Origin: Patescibacteria group bacterium
Lineage (GTDB): Bacteria > Patescibacteriota > Microgenomatia > UBA12405
DNA: 64,000 bases
NCBI GenBank assembly: GCA_050943115.1
Contig: JBMNON010000003.1
Span: forward strand, 28,565 to 92,564
Direction: 5' to 3'
Shown: positions 19,499-29,735 of the stretch, piece after piece
How positions within the stretch are numbered: the first letter of the stretch is position 1
Layout of the letters: every line of letters begins with the position of its first letter
Notes under the pieces: generated by a model
Databases searched by the model: none
What the model saw: the letters and a program-made list of their open reading frames with translations, nothing else
Told to the model about the DNA's origin: nothing
Position numbers and translations under genes: made by a program

Positions 19499-20525
19499 AC
19501 AAAAAGAAAAGAATAGCCAAACCCAGAAAAACATAAAACTTTTGCTGACTGTTGAGAAAAAGGGAAACCAATCCAAGTAAAAGAGTGATAGACCAATAAA
19601 ATAAGGAGATTTGAGGCCGAGACCAGCCAATTTTTAAGAGTTGATGGTGAAGATGGCTAGCGTCGGAATGAAATATGGATTTTCCGTTTTTTAACCTTTT
19701 AAAGATAACCCAAATGGCATCGAGCATCGGTATTCCAAGAAGGAGAACCAATGTGGCCAATTTAGCTCCGGAAAGGATAGAAAGAACGGAAAGATAGAAA
19801 CCAGCCAGACTTTTGCCGCTATAGCCGGGCATGACCGACTGCGGATAAAAGTTAAAGGGAAGAAAACCTAAATAAGAACCAGCAACGGCACCAGCAAGAA
19901 TTATAACAGGCCACTGGGTAATATCGGAAGAATAGCGTAAACCCAATATTCCAATGAAGACGGCGGCAATAGAAACAAAGCCGGGGAGTTGGCCTTCAAC
20001 ACCAGCAGCCCAACCAACCGTATTCATGCACCAAGTAATCCAAAATACGCCCAAAAGAGCAGGAATGAGCCAAATAGAAGAATTGCCAAAGATTCCCACG
20101 TCAATGTTGATAAAAGACAAATCCAACACTCCCCCAAAAGGGTTAGAAACGTAGGCAATACCTATGCCAACACCTACGACGAGAACAGAGGCCAAAATAT
20201 TAGTGCCTAAACGAAGCAACGGGCTGATGTCCTTGAGGTCATCCCAGAGGCCGACGAGAAGTGTTAGAAAAGAGGCAACAATTATGGCGGTAAGGTGGCG
20301 ATCAAGAGGAAGGAGCAGAATCGAGGTGATTAAAATACTAAAAAAGATAGGAAGTCCCCCTCCCCGAGGTACAGGGTTTAGTGCTGTAGCGTTTTGAGTT
20401 TTTTGATTTTTTTTGAGAGGATCCTCAAGCCAGTTCCTCGATACAAAGAAGTTGCGAAATAAGGGGGTTAAAATGAAACTGATAAAGCTCGACAATGCTA
20501 TGGATATCAGGAAAGTAAGATACAT
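19470..20525 (-). CDS. polyprenyl-phosphate N-acetylhexosamine-1-phosphate transferase (GT4 WecA/TagO/MraY family; WecA-like)
   Basis: About 10 TM helices, LWDDLKDIS (DDxxD), NTVGWAAGVEG (NxxNxxDGxDGL-like), HLHHQLL (HIHH-type rather than MraY PIHHHFE). Confidence 0.7.
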   Translation of the reverse strand: MYLTFLISIALSSFISFILTPLFRNFFVSRNWLEDPLKKNQKTQNATALNPVPRGGGLPIFFSILITSILLLPLDRHLTAIIVASFLTLLVGLWDDLKDISPLLRLGTNILASVLVVGVGIGIAYVSNPFGGVLDLSFINIDVGIFGNSSIWLIPALLGVFWITWCMNTVGWAAGVEGQLPGFVSIAAVFIGILGLRYSSDITQWPVIILAGAVAGSYLGFLPFNFYPQSVMPGYSGKSLAGFYLSVLSILSGAKLATLVLLLGIPMLDAIWVIFKRLKNGKSIFHSDASHLHHQLLKIGWSRPQISLFYWSITLLLGLVSLFLNSQQKFYVFLGLAILFFLSILQISRRT

Positions 20526-20908
20526 CAGGCGACGAGAGCAACAATATTAAAAACAGAGATGGCGGTGAAAATGGAGAAAATTAGTGAGAAAATAACCAGA
20601 AGACGGGCAAAAAGGACCTGAGAATTAACCATAAAAGCAGCCAGGAGATTATTTAAAATAGCGATAACAATGGAAAAGGTGGGCATGAAAAATAATGACG
20701 AAGCCGGAGCGAGTTGGTTTTCTCCCCACGGTAGAGAAAAGTATAGGGGGACCTGGGGAGGGAGATCTCCGAACTTAATAACCAAAAAACCGATACTAGA
20801 CAGAATGAGGAGAACGTTCCACCTAAGAATAGTGTGATTTACCTTTTCCTGCCAGAATTTTCCCAGAAGAGACAATTTGAGAGAAAGAGAGTGAATAGCG
20901 TTGGCCAT
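20525..20908 (-). CDS. small integral membrane protein, hypothetical
   Basis: 127 aa, 3-4 predicted TM helices, directly coupled (1 nt) to the upstream transferase. Confidence 0.4.
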   Translation of the reverse strand: MANAIHSLSLKLSLLGKFWQEKVNHTILRWNVLLILSSIGFLVIKFGDLPPQVPLYFSLPWGENQLAPASSLFFMPTFSIVIAILNNLLAAFMVNSQVLFARLLVIFSLIFSIFTAISVFNIVALVA

Positions 20909-20911
20909 TAG

Positions 20912-22381
20912 TTAACGTTTTTTGAAAATGTAGGCTGAATCAATAATTTGGTCAAGAGAATAGTATTTAAGGATAAATTTGTCAAGATCAGGAAAAGGCC
21001 GGTTGGACATGGGGAAATAAACTATGTAGGCAGGTTGACTTACTTTAAAGGAATCAATGGTTGATTGATGGCCTCCGAAATCGACTACGTGATAAGCGAC
21101 GGTAAATTTGCCGGGCGGGAGGCGTTGAGAAAGGGCATAGATATAGGGTTCATCACCCCAAACAAAAATCTTGTCCTGGGAGGAGGTGTTGGACTTTATG
21201 AAGTTGGCTATGGCATAAGTAGTGTTAACCCTAGGGCCAAAGAATCTGCGATAAGCCTCAAGGCTCTTTCTGCCAGTTATATAGGAATAAAAATTGGTGT
21301 AATAGGTGATGGTGGGATAAAAATAAAATTCATACTTAATAATGACAACAGCCAAAATAAATAAAGAAATCAAGGAGAAGGTTTTAAACTGATTTCTCTT
21401 TGACTGGAAGAAGAAGGCTAATACCATACAAAAGGGTGGCAGTAATTGAATAAGGTAGTGGGGGTAAGGACGGCCGGACAGCAAGGAGCCGAAAAGGGCA
21501 GCCGAAAACCAGAGATAGACAAAGAGGGCCTTTTTGTCGATAAATTTAAACAGGTGAAATAAAAACAATAGCAACCAAGAGAACACAGTAATTATAAAAC
21601 GAGTGGATAGCCCGCCGGAAAGAGCCGAAGCAGAATGAGTTCCTGTAGACCAGGAGGAAAGGTAGCCGAAATTCTGAAGAAGGGCGGCGAATAAAAAATC
21701 AAAAGAGGCCCCTTTTGTGGAATAGTAGATAAATTGAACAAATATGGGCAGAAAAAAGGCCAGGGAAAAGATGAGCAAAGAAATAATCGAGGGAAAGATT
21801 TTATTCTTTAGGTTTTTGAGAGAGAAATTAGTTTCCCGAAGGCCAAGCCAAAGAGTTAGAAGTGCAAATTCAATAGCAACTGGAACCTTGATAGTAAAAG
21901 CCAAACCCAGAAGGAGTCCGGCAAAAAGGTAAGCAATTTTTTGGGTAGACGACAGTATTAGCAAAACAGCAAGGATAGTAGGAAGGAGCATAAAAACTTC
22001 AGCATTTGCAATAGTGCCCTCAATCAGGGGAATAGAAGACAGCAGGGTAAATATCAGAGTGGAAATTTTGGAGATTTTGGGAGTAAAAAATTTTCTAGCT
22101 AAGCGGTAATAAAAAATAATGGTGGGAAGCATAAAAGCAAGCAAAAGAAGGCGAAAACCAAACACGGTCTGGGAAAAGGCTGCCAAGTAATAGAGAGTGG
22201 GTGGCTTGTTATCATGCATCTGCCGGTAAAGAGTGAGACCGCGGCGAACAGCCTGTCCTAGCACTAGGTATATACCTTCGTCTCCATACCAATAAGGTTC
22301 AAATAATGAAGGAAGGCGAAGAATTATGAAGAGGAAAAAAAGAAGAATCCAGAAGCGGTTTTTTGATAATAGTTTAATCAT
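20912..22381 (-). CDS. GT-C fold glycosyltransferase (GT39/GT83, ArnT/PMT-like)
   Basis: EPYWYGDEGIYL...HDNKPPTLYYL N-terminal motif block of the ArnT/PMT family. More than 10 TM helices. Confidence 0.7.
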   Translation of the reverse strand: MIKLLSKNRFWILLFFLFIILRLPSLFEPYWYGDEGIYLVLGQAVRRGLTLYRQMHDNKPPTLYYLAAFSQTVFGFRLLLLAFMLPTIIFYYRLARKFFTPKISKISTLIFTLLSSIPLIEGTIANAEVFMLLPTILAVLLILSSTQKIAYLFAGLLLGLAFTIKVPVAIEFALLTLWLGLRETNFSLKNLKNKIFPSIISLLIFSLAFFLPIFVQFIYYSTKGASFDFLFAALLQNFGYLSSWSTGTHSASALSGGLSTRFIITVFSWLLLFLFHLFKFIDKKALFVYLWFSAALFGSLLSGRPYPHYLIQLLPPFCMVLAFFFQSKRNQFKTFSLISLFILAVVIIKYEFYFYPTITYYTNFYSYITGRKSLEAYRRFFGPRVNTTYAIANFIKSNTSSQDKIFVWGDEPYIYALSQRLPPGKFTVAYHVVDFGGHQSTIDSFKVSQPAYIVYFPMSNRPFPDLDKFILKYYSLDQIIDSAYIFKKR

Positions 22382-22396
22382 TCCTAAACTATTATA

Positions 22397-23914
22397 TTAG
22401 TTTTTCGCTTTTTTGACAGTTGTTTTGTATTCTAATCTTTTTCCAAGCAGGAGTCGGGTGTGAGAATGAAGGCCGGGTAACACAGACATGGTTAGGGTGG
22501 CGATTGGCATAAGAGGCCACTGGAGGAGATTCTTGAGAAAATTTTTGAAGCCTTTTTGGTAATTAGGCCGAAGTTTCCAGTCAAGAATTATTAGGACAAA
22601 TAAGGGTATCAGGCAGACAGACAAAATGATGTTGGAAATCCGAGGCAAGTTGTAACCAATGGCCGTCTGAAAAAACTTGGGGTTGATAATGACAGGAAGA
22701 GAGGTGCCAAGAGTGAGAATAAACCAGTTACTTGACCAAATAACATGGGTTTGGATAAGTTTGTAGATGCGAAGAATTCGGGTGACAAGAGGTATTTCTT
22801 TGTGGAGTCTGGCTTGCTCGATTGCGTAAGGTATGTCAATGGCTCCCCAAGCGTGACGAACACACTGATTATAGCGATTTTTTAGAGCTTTAAAGTAACC
22901 ATCACCGTCCGGAGCATCAACAACGGTAGGTAAAAATATGGGTGTAACAGAGGTTCGTCCTCCGGTAGCAAAAAAGGTTTGAAGGAAAATGTGCCAATCT
23001 TCAGGTATCATGTCAATATCCCAATAACCAGCAGAATCTATAAGTTTATAGGAAGAAGAGTAACAGGAGTAATTAAAAAATAGACCGTCGGGTTCCTGAA
23101 TGTTGGAAATATGAATAACATTACCCATAGTACCAATAATTCTAATTGGAGCCGGGACGGAATTTATGTTGTGGTGCCAAAAGATGGGTGATTGCCAAAA
23201 CCTGTAATAGCGGTTAGTATCTGAAGCAAAATGATAATGAAGAGCGGAAAAGTATTTGGGATGAAAAATGGTATCCACATCACAACTGGTTAAGGTCAAA
23301 TTCTGGATATTTAAACTGCCTTTATCAACGTATCTCTTCTTAAAATTCTTGGCTGCCCAAGCTTCGTTACTATGTTTACCAGCGGTCTCTCCGGGAAGGT
23401 CAGGGGGATGTTCGGTAAAAACAATGTCAGCAAAAGTATTTTTGTACTTGGCTTTAAAGTAGTCAACTGTCCTTTGATTATTTTCTTTGCCTGCTCTGGC
23501 TTCTTGGGCAATGACAACATAAATTTTTTTAAGGTCAATATCGATTTGAGCAGCGATAGAACCAACAGCCATTTCCATAACCTCAACGGGCTCTTTGTAA
23601 GAAGAAATTATAACAACATGCCCAATGTCGTTGTATTTCAACCAATCAGCCCGAAAATTATCCTGAAACTGTTTTTGCCATGAGATACTGGAATATTTTT
23701 GAATTTTAAAGTAACCTATGGTTGAGAGTATGGCCGCTTTGAAAGATTGATAGAACCAGTAGACCAGAAAAGCAATGACAAAATACGCAACCAGACGGGG
23801 AACCAGTATAGCTCCCCAAAGGGGAAATAAAATTACACTCCAGGCGATAAAGCCGGGAATCATTTCAAAAAGGCGATATTTTTTCGAGTTTTTGTTCATC
23901 GTGGAGATTGGCAT
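22397..23914 (-). CDS. membrane-anchored glycosyltransferase, GT2-like (putative)
   Basis: N-terminal TM (IAWSVILFPLW), SCDVDTIF (DxD), NQCVRHAWG (QxxRW-like), C-terminal TM helices. ORF track extends to 24073, but MPISTMNKNSKK at 23914 avoids overlapping the divergent gene. Confidence 0.45.
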   Translation of the reverse strand: MPISTMNKNSKKYRLFEMIPGFIAWSVILFPLWGAILVPRLVAYFVIAFLVYWFYQSFKAAILSTIGYFKIQKYSSISWQKQFQDNFRADWLKYNDIGHVVIISSYKEPVEVMEMAVGSIAAQIDIDLKKIYVVIAQEARAGKENNQRTVDYFKAKYKNTFADIVFTEHPPDLPGETAGKHSNEAWAAKNFKKRYVDKGSLNIQNLTLTSCDVDTIFHPKYFSALHYHFASDTNRYYRFWQSPIFWHHNINSVPAPIRIIGTMGNVIHISNIQEPDGLFFNYSCYSSSYKLIDSAGYWDIDMIPEDWHIFLQTFFATGGRTSVTPIFLPTVVDAPDGDGYFKALKNRYNQCVRHAWGAIDIPYAIEQARLHKEIPLVTRILRIYKLIQTHVIWSSNWFILTLGTSLPVIINPKFFQTAIGYNLPRISNIILSVCLIPLFVLIILDWKLRPNYQKGFKNFLKNLLQWPLMPIATLTMSVLPGLHSHTRLLLGKRLEYKTTVKKAKN

Positions 23915-23957
23915 ATTATAGCAAGGAAAAGTATGTTTTAAGTTAAAATTAAGTGAA

Positions 23958-24725
23958 ATGTCAGTAGAAAGAGCGGTAGAGACAACAATAAGGTATGCCA
24001 GGAAGTTTGGATGTTCTCTGTCAGGGGAAGAAATTGCGGAGAGATTAATCTCAAAAAGGCAATACAGGCACAAAGAAGTGACAGATGCTGCTGCAAAGAT
24101 GGGGGTTTCGAAAAAAAACTCAAATAAAATATGGCAAGGGAAAGTGGGGAAGGGAAAATGGTTGGCAAATTATATAGAAAAGAAAATCCCCCTTGTTGTG
24201 TTTATGGGTTTAACTGGTTCGGTAGCAACCAAGCACCCGAAACAAGAAGACGATGTCGATTTTTTAATTGTAACCAGACGAAACAGCTTGTGGCTGTGCC
24301 GTCTTTGGCTCAAGTTTATCCTAGTGAAAGAACATATTCCTCATCGAAGATATGGCCAGAAAGAAGCGGGGAATGATTTTTGCTTTAATTTATGGCTGGA
24401 TGAGGAAAAGCTATCAATACCCAAGAATCGAAGAAGACTTAGGACTGCAGTGGATTTAGTTCTGCTAATGCCCTTATTTGATAAGGCATCAATATATAAG
24501 AGACTTATTGATGAGAATAATTGGGCTGCCAGTTTTGTGGCAACACCCTATGAAAAGAAGAGAAGGATGTCGGGGGACATTAAGAGTGTTGAATCGTATG
24601 TTACGATACTACTGGTGATATTTAATTACTTTGTCTTTTTAGCACAATATATATATATGAGAGGCAAAATGAAAAAGGGAGAAGAAGCGAGCATACACCA
24701 AGCCTTTTTTAATGTAAAAGGATAA
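23958..24725 (+). CDS. hypothetical protein with Pol-beta-type nucleotidyltransferase motif
   Basis: GLTGSVATKHPKQEDDVDFLIV fits the GS-x10-DxD pattern. Confidence 0.4.
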   Translation: MSVERAVETTIRYARKFGCSLSGEEIAERLISKRQYRHKEVTDAAAKMGVSKKNSNKIWQGKVGKGKWLANYIEKKIPLVVFMGLTGSVATKHPKQEDDVDFLIVTRRNSLWLCRLWLKFILVKEHIPHRRYGQKEAGNDFCFNLWLDEEKLSIPKNRRRLRTAVDLVLLMPLFDKASIYKRLIDENNWAASFVATPYEKKRRMSGDIKSVESYVTILLVIFNYFVFLAQYIYMRGKMKKGEEASIHQAFFNVKG

Positions 24726-24849
24726 ACGCAAAGACCTATAAATTAAGCTTTTTGGAAGTTATTTAAGTTGATTTTTGAATTATTCTTTGGAGAAATTGTA
24801 TCCTTTAAGTAATTGATGGGGTAAGTGATTGAAAGTATAATTACAAGTA

Positions 24850-25491
24850 GTGGTCAAAGAGAAAAATTTTCAAACAGAAAAATACGTAAGTGGGCTATAT
24901 ATTGTCTTTGTAGTTTTATTTTCTGCAACCATCCTATTTGTTTCAATCAGCAGAGCAAGCTTGGATATTTGGGCGTCGGAAAACAATTTTGACAAAGCCA
25001 GGAACTGTCCAATCGAATTTATTATTAAAGCAGATGCTCATGGAATAGAAAAGGGTTCGTATAATCTGCCGAGCATTTCAGTATTGCCCGGGAGTCCCCT
25101 ATATATTTTAAAGGATATCAGGGACGAACTGTGGATTGGATTTAGTACAGGACCGGAAAGTAAGGCAACAACAGCCTTGCTGGTAGCGGATAAAAAGATG
25201 TCGGCAAGTAAGAGTTTGTTTGAAGATAACAAAGGGGACAAGGCGGTGGAACTTGCCAGGGAAGCATTGGAGTACATAAAAAGAGCAAAATCAGAGTGGC
25301 AGAAAGCTAGCAACGATGAGCCGCAGATGTGCAGCCCCATAGACAACAAAATCTTTAATGCCGGATTAGCCTATGAGGAGGTATTGAAAACTTCAGGGAA
25401 GAAAGCGGCCGGTGATAAAAACGAATTCAGAGAAGTACTGCTACAAATTCAAGAGTGGAATGAAAAGCAAAAAGAAGAAAAAGAAAACTAA
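24850..25491 (+). CDS. hypothetical membrane-anchored protein
   Basis: N-terminal TM (LYIVFVVLFSATILFVSI), LPGSPLYILKDIRDEL motif, K/E-rich C-terminus. Confidence 0.4.
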   Translation: MVKEKNFQTEKYVSGLYIVFVVLFSATILFVSISRASLDIWASENNFDKARNCPIEFIIKADAHGIEKGSYNLPSISVLPGSPLYILKDIRDELWIGFSTGPESKATTALLVADKKMSASKSLFEDNKGDKAVELAREALEYIKRAKSEWQKASNDEPQMCSPIDNKIFNAGLAYEEVLKTSGKKAAGDKNEFREVLLQIQEWNEKQKEEKEN

Positions 25492-27613
25492 AAATAAAAG
25501 ATTGCCCTTACTGGCCAAAATCGGACTAGTTCTGGTTTTACTGGGTACTCTCGGGAGTGCTTTAATTTTAAGGGACGTTCCTAATCCCAGGAAGTTAAGT
25601 ACTTCAGAGTATCCAGAGTCATCACAAATATTTGACCGAAATGACAAAATGTTGTTTGAGATATACGCTGATATCAGAAGGGTTCCGGTGACTCTGGAAG
25701 ATGTGCCTGAGGCCTTGCGGCAGGCGACTTTGGCGGTAGAGGATGCCAGATTTTATAAGCACTGGGGCTTAGATTTCCAGGGGATATTGAGAGGGTTTTA
25801 CCGAACGGTTTTTAAGAAAAGACTACAAGGAGGATCAACGTTAACCCAACAGTTAGTAAAAAATGCCCTACTGACACCGGAAAGGACGTTGAGTAGAAAA
25901 ATTAAAGAGGCTTTTTTAACACTGGCAACCGAGGTAATTTACAGCAAAGAACAAATTTTAGAAATGTATTTCAACCAAACACCTTACGGAGGAACAATGT
26001 GGGGGGTGCAAGCAGCAGCCAAGGGAATATTTAATAAGGACGTAAAAGAGCTAAGCCTGGCTGAATCAGCACTTCTGGCTGGTTTACCGGCATCGCCCAC
26101 GAGGTACTCCCCCTTTGCTTACCCGGAAGCTGCAAAAAAAAGACAGGAGTTGGTGCTGGCAAGAATGGAGGAGGAAGGCTATATAAACAGCGAGGAAAGG
26201 AAGGAGGCTAATGAGGAGAAATTGAATTATTATGTACAAAAAAGCAGTATAAGCGCCCCCCATTTTGTATTTTATGTTAGGGAAAAGTTAATTGAAGAAT
26301 ACGGAATTAAACGGGTAACTGAGGGAGGATTAAAGATCAAAACCAGTCTGGATTTGGATTTGCAAAATTATGTTCAGGGGGCGGTGGCAAGTGAAATTGC
26401 TACTTTGGACCGATATAAAATCAGTAACGGAGCAGTGGTGGTGACGGAACCTAAAAGCGGACAGATTCTGGCAATGGTAGGATCAAAAGATTATTTTGCA
26501 GAAGATATTGACGGGAAGTATAACGTGACCACCGCCCTTAGACAACCCGGATCATCGATTAAGCCATTAAACTATGCGGTAGGTATTGAATTGGGCAAGG
26601 CAACGGCCGCTTCGGTTTTTAGCGACAACCAAACCTGCTTTGGCGTCGAAAACCAAAAACCATACTGCCCCACCAACTATGGGTATAGATATTTTGGGCT
26701 GCAAACATTGAGGAATTCACTAGCAAACTCATTAAACATCCCAGCTGTAAAAATGTTAAAAATGAACGGAGTAGAAAACTTTATTGCCTCGGCCTCAGCA
26801 ATGGGAATAAGTACATTTAAGGACCCGTCTCAGTACGGATTATCATTAACACTTGGAGGTGGCGAAGTGATGATGATTGACATGAATACAGCTTTCGGAA
26901 CATTGGCTAACATGGGGATTAAACAAGAGCTGAATCCTATTTTAGAAATTAGTGACAAGAATGGTGAAAAGTTATATGAATACAAATATATTCAAGGTGA
27001 CAGGGTCCTATCCAGAGAAACAGCATATATAATTCACGACATTTTATCTGATGACGGAGCCAGGAGTGCGGTTTTCGGAAGAGGATCTTTGCTTAACATA
27101 AAAGGACACCCGGAAGTGGCAGTGAAGACGGGAACAACAAATGACTTAAGGGACAATTGGACCATCGGCTACACACCAGATTATGTAGTGACAGTGTGGG
27201 TGGGAAATAATGATAATTCAAAAATGAGTTATGTGGCATCCGGAATAACAGGAGCAACACCTATTTGGCATGAGGTAATGTCTTATCTTATGGAAGATAA
27301 GACCGTAAAAGAGCCGGTAAAACCGGAAGGTGTTATTACCATGAAAGTATGTAAGGCAAGCGGAGGAGTAGTACCGGAAGAGGGTTGTGAATCTTACAAT
27401 GAGCTTTTTAGAAAAGAGTTTCCACCTATACGACAAAACATAGCAAAAATGGCCGTATTAATAAATAAAGATACCGGTAAAGTTGCAAAAGAAGGTGACG
27501 ACTCGCCTAATTTAGAGTGGCAAGAGCATACCATGTTTGAAGATATCAGTGGCGATAAGGTATGCCTTGATTGTCCAATAGCGGAAGAAAAAAAAGAGGA
27601 GGATACAAATTAA
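25460..27613 (+). CDS. class A penicillin-binding protein (PBP1A family; GT51 transglycosylase + transpeptidase)
   Basis: EDARFYKHWG, GGSTLTQQLVKN (GT51). SSIKP (SxxK), KTGTT (KTG). ORF extends to 25412, but MKSKKKKKK at 25460 is the plausible start. Confidence 0.9.
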   Translation: MKSKKKKKKTKNKRLPLLAKIGLVLVLLGTLGSALILRDVPNPRKLSTSEYPESSQIFDRNDKMLFEIYADIRRVPVTLEDVPEALRQATLAVEDARFYKHWGLDFQGILRGFYRTVFKKRLQGGSTLTQQLVKNALLTPERTLSRKIKEAFLTLATEVIYSKEQILEMYFNQTPYGGTMWGVQAAAKGIFNKDVKELSLAESALLAGLPASPTRYSPFAYPEAAKKRQELVLARMEEEGYINSEERKEANEEKLNYYVQKSSISAPHFVFYVREKLIEEYGIKRVTEGGLKIKTSLDLDLQNYVQGAVASEIATLDRYKISNGAVVVTEPKSGQILAMVGSKDYFAEDIDGKYNVTTALRQPGSSIKPLNYAVGIELGKATAASVFSDNQTCFGVENQKPYCPTNYGYRYFGLQTLRNSLANSLNIPAVKMLKMNGVENFIASASAMGISTFKDPSQYGLSLTLGGGEVMMIDMNTAFGTLANMGIKQELNPILEISDKNGEKLYEYKYIQGDRVLSRETAYIIHDILSDDGARSAVFGRGSLLNIKGHPEVAVKTGTTNDLRDNWTIGYTPDYVVTVWVGNNDNSKMSYVASGITGATPIWHEVMSYLMEDKTVKEPVKPEGVITMKVCKASGGVVPEEGCESYNELFRKEFPPIRQNIAKMAVLINKDTGKVAKEGDDSPNLEWQEHTMFEDISGDKVCLDCPIAEEKKEEDTN

Positions 27614-27629
27614 TAGGAGGACATAATAA

Positions 27630-29735
27630 GTGAGGCCAACATTCAAATTTCTTGTCCTTCTTGGCAGGCCCTTGTTGTGGTTGATAAAAACGGTATTTGT
27701 GCTATTTGCCAGAGGGTGCAAAACAATCGGGGCAGGAATAATTTTTTTTGCTGTAGGACTAAGGAAAATTTGTCTGCTAGTTAGATGGAGATATCTGATA
27801 ATAGGATGGGTGCTTTTTGGGCTAGGAAGCGGGACGTTCTGGTTTTATGAAGAAATAATCAAAGAGTTACCCAACATAAATTTAATATACAATCCACCAA
27901 TATTATCATCAAAAATTTACGATAAAAACGGCAGATTGTTATATAAATTTTACAAGGAAGAGAATAGAAGCTGGACTTCACTGGATAAAATTCCCCAGTC
28001 TCTAATATGGGCGACTTTGGCAATTGAGGACAAAAATTTTTATACCCACCGAGGAATATCAATCAAAGGGATAGCAAACGCCAGTATTTACAATTTTTTT
28101 AAAAGAGACAAAGACGACAGCCTGAGGGGCGGCTCGACTATTACCCAACAGTTGGTTAAAAATGTGTTTTTATCCAGCGAGAAAAGCTGGACAAGGAAAC
28201 TGAAGGAGGCAATCTTGGCGATAATGCTGGAAACAAAAATGAATAAAAACGAGATACTGGAAAGGTATTTTAATCAGGTACCGTACGGCGGAGATACTTA
28301 CGGCGCCCAAGAAGCAGCATGGAAATATTTTGGTAAAAATGTGTGGGAAATTGACATGGCTGAAGCGACATTTTTGGCGGGATTACCGGCGGCTCCAAGT
28401 TCCTACTCCCCTTTTGGGAGCAACCCAGAATTTGCGATATTAAGACAAAGGCATGTAATAGATGAAATGGTAAAAGCGGGATACATTGATGAGACAAGAG
28501 CTGAGGGGTTGAAAAACAACCAGTTGGAAATTGGAGAAGAAAGAATCAGGCTGGTGGCACCACACTTTGTGTTTTATGTCAGGAATATTGTGGAGGAAGA
28601 TTACGGATTCAGTAATTTTGAAAGATTGGGATTAAAAATTACAACCAGCTTGGATACGGCAACTCAGGAGATGGCTCAAAGAGTTGTACTTGAGGAGGTG
28701 GAAAAGGTGGAGAATTTAAGGATAAGCAATGGAGCTGCTTTGGTAATTGATGTAAAAAGCGGCGATATTTTGGCTATGGTGGGGTCCAAAAATTACTATG
28801 CCAACGATATTGACGGTAAATATAACGTGACAACGGCCTTAAGACAACCAGGGTCGTCCATTAAACCAGTCAATTACCTTTTGGCATTAATGAATGGCTG
28901 GTCGTTGACATCAGCAATTGACGACACACCAGTAGCATACTACATAAACGGACAAGCACCTTATACACCACAAAATTACAACGGAAAATATATGGGGAGG
29001 GTGACATTAAAAACAGCGTTGGCTTCTTCACTAAATGTACCGTCAGTAAAGTTACTTTCAGAAAACGGCGTGGATAATATGATCAGTTTGGCTAAGTCTA
29101 TGGGGATAAACAGTTGGGAGGACAGATCCAGGTTTGGATTAGCCTTGGCATTGGGCAGCGGCGAAGTAAAAATGACTGAGTTATCACAAGCATATAGTGT
29201 ATTTGCCAACCTGGGAGACAGGGTTGAGATAAATCCAGTAATTAGAATTGAAAATTATTTGGGGGAGGTAGTGATGGAAAAGGAAACAAATAGAGAGGAG
29301 TTGATAGATCCTGGTTATGCATTTTTAATAAATAACGCGCTGAGTGATAATCAAGCCAGAACGCCTATCTTTGGGCCTAATTCTTTATTAAAGATCGACG
29401 GTAAGACTGTCGCAGTTAAAACCGGTACCACTAACAATTTAAAGGACAACTGGTGTATAGGCTGGACACCGAGTTTTCTGGTGGCAGCTTGGGTGGGTAA
29501 TAACAATAGCCAGCCAATGAGTTGGGTGGCTTCCGGAGTGACAGGGGCAACACCAATTTGGAATAAGATTATGAAAAATATTTTATCGGACAAACCTGAT
29601 GAACAGTGGAATATGCCGGAGAGTGTCTATAAGGCCACGATATGCGGTAAAGAGGACTATTATATGAATGGCAGCGAGAACAGGGTGAAATGTATACATG
29701 ATGAGAACAAGGAAAAAACAGCTAATTTTAACTAG
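27630..29735 (+). CDS. class A penicillin-binding protein, paralog of the preceding gene
   Basis: EDKNFYTHRG, GGSTITQQLVKN, SSIKP, KTGTT. Same architecture as 25460..27613. Confidence 0.9.
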   Translation: MRPTFKFLVLLGRPLLWLIKTVFVLFARGCKTIGAGIIFFAVGLRKICLLVRWRYLIIGWVLFGLGSGTFWFYEEIIKELPNINLIYNPPILSSKIYDKNGRLLYKFYKEENRSWTSLDKIPQSLIWATLAIEDKNFYTHRGISIKGIANASIYNFFKRDKDDSLRGGSTITQQLVKNVFLSSEKSWTRKLKEAILAIMLETKMNKNEILERYFNQVPYGGDTYGAQEAAWKYFGKNVWEIDMAEATFLAGLPAAPSSYSPFGSNPEFAILRQRHVIDEMVKAGYIDETRAEGLKNNQLEIGEERIRLVAPHFVFYVRNIVEEDYGFSNFERLGLKITTSLDTATQEMAQRVVLEEVEKVENLRISNGAALVIDVKSGDILAMVGSKNYYANDIDGKYNVTTALRQPGSSIKPVNYLLALMNGWSLTSAIDDTPVAYYINGQAPYTPQNYNGKYMGRVTLKTALASSLNVPSVKLLSENGVDNMISLAKSMGINSWEDRSRFGLALALGSGEVKMTELSQAYSVFANLGDRVEINPVIRIENYLGEVVMEKETNREELIDPGYAFLINNALSDNQARTPIFGPNSLLKIDGKTVAVKTGTTNNLKDNWCIGWTPSFLVAAWVGNNNSQPMSWVASGVTGATPIWNKIMKNILSDKPDEQWNMPESVYKATICGKEDYYMNGSENRVKCIHDENKEKTANFN

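Noticed and set aside
23915-24073. N-terminal extension of the GT2-like ORF to 24073
   Set aside because: It would overlap the divergently transcribed 23958..24725 gene by 115 nt. An internal Met at 23914 gives a sensible TM-first N-terminus.
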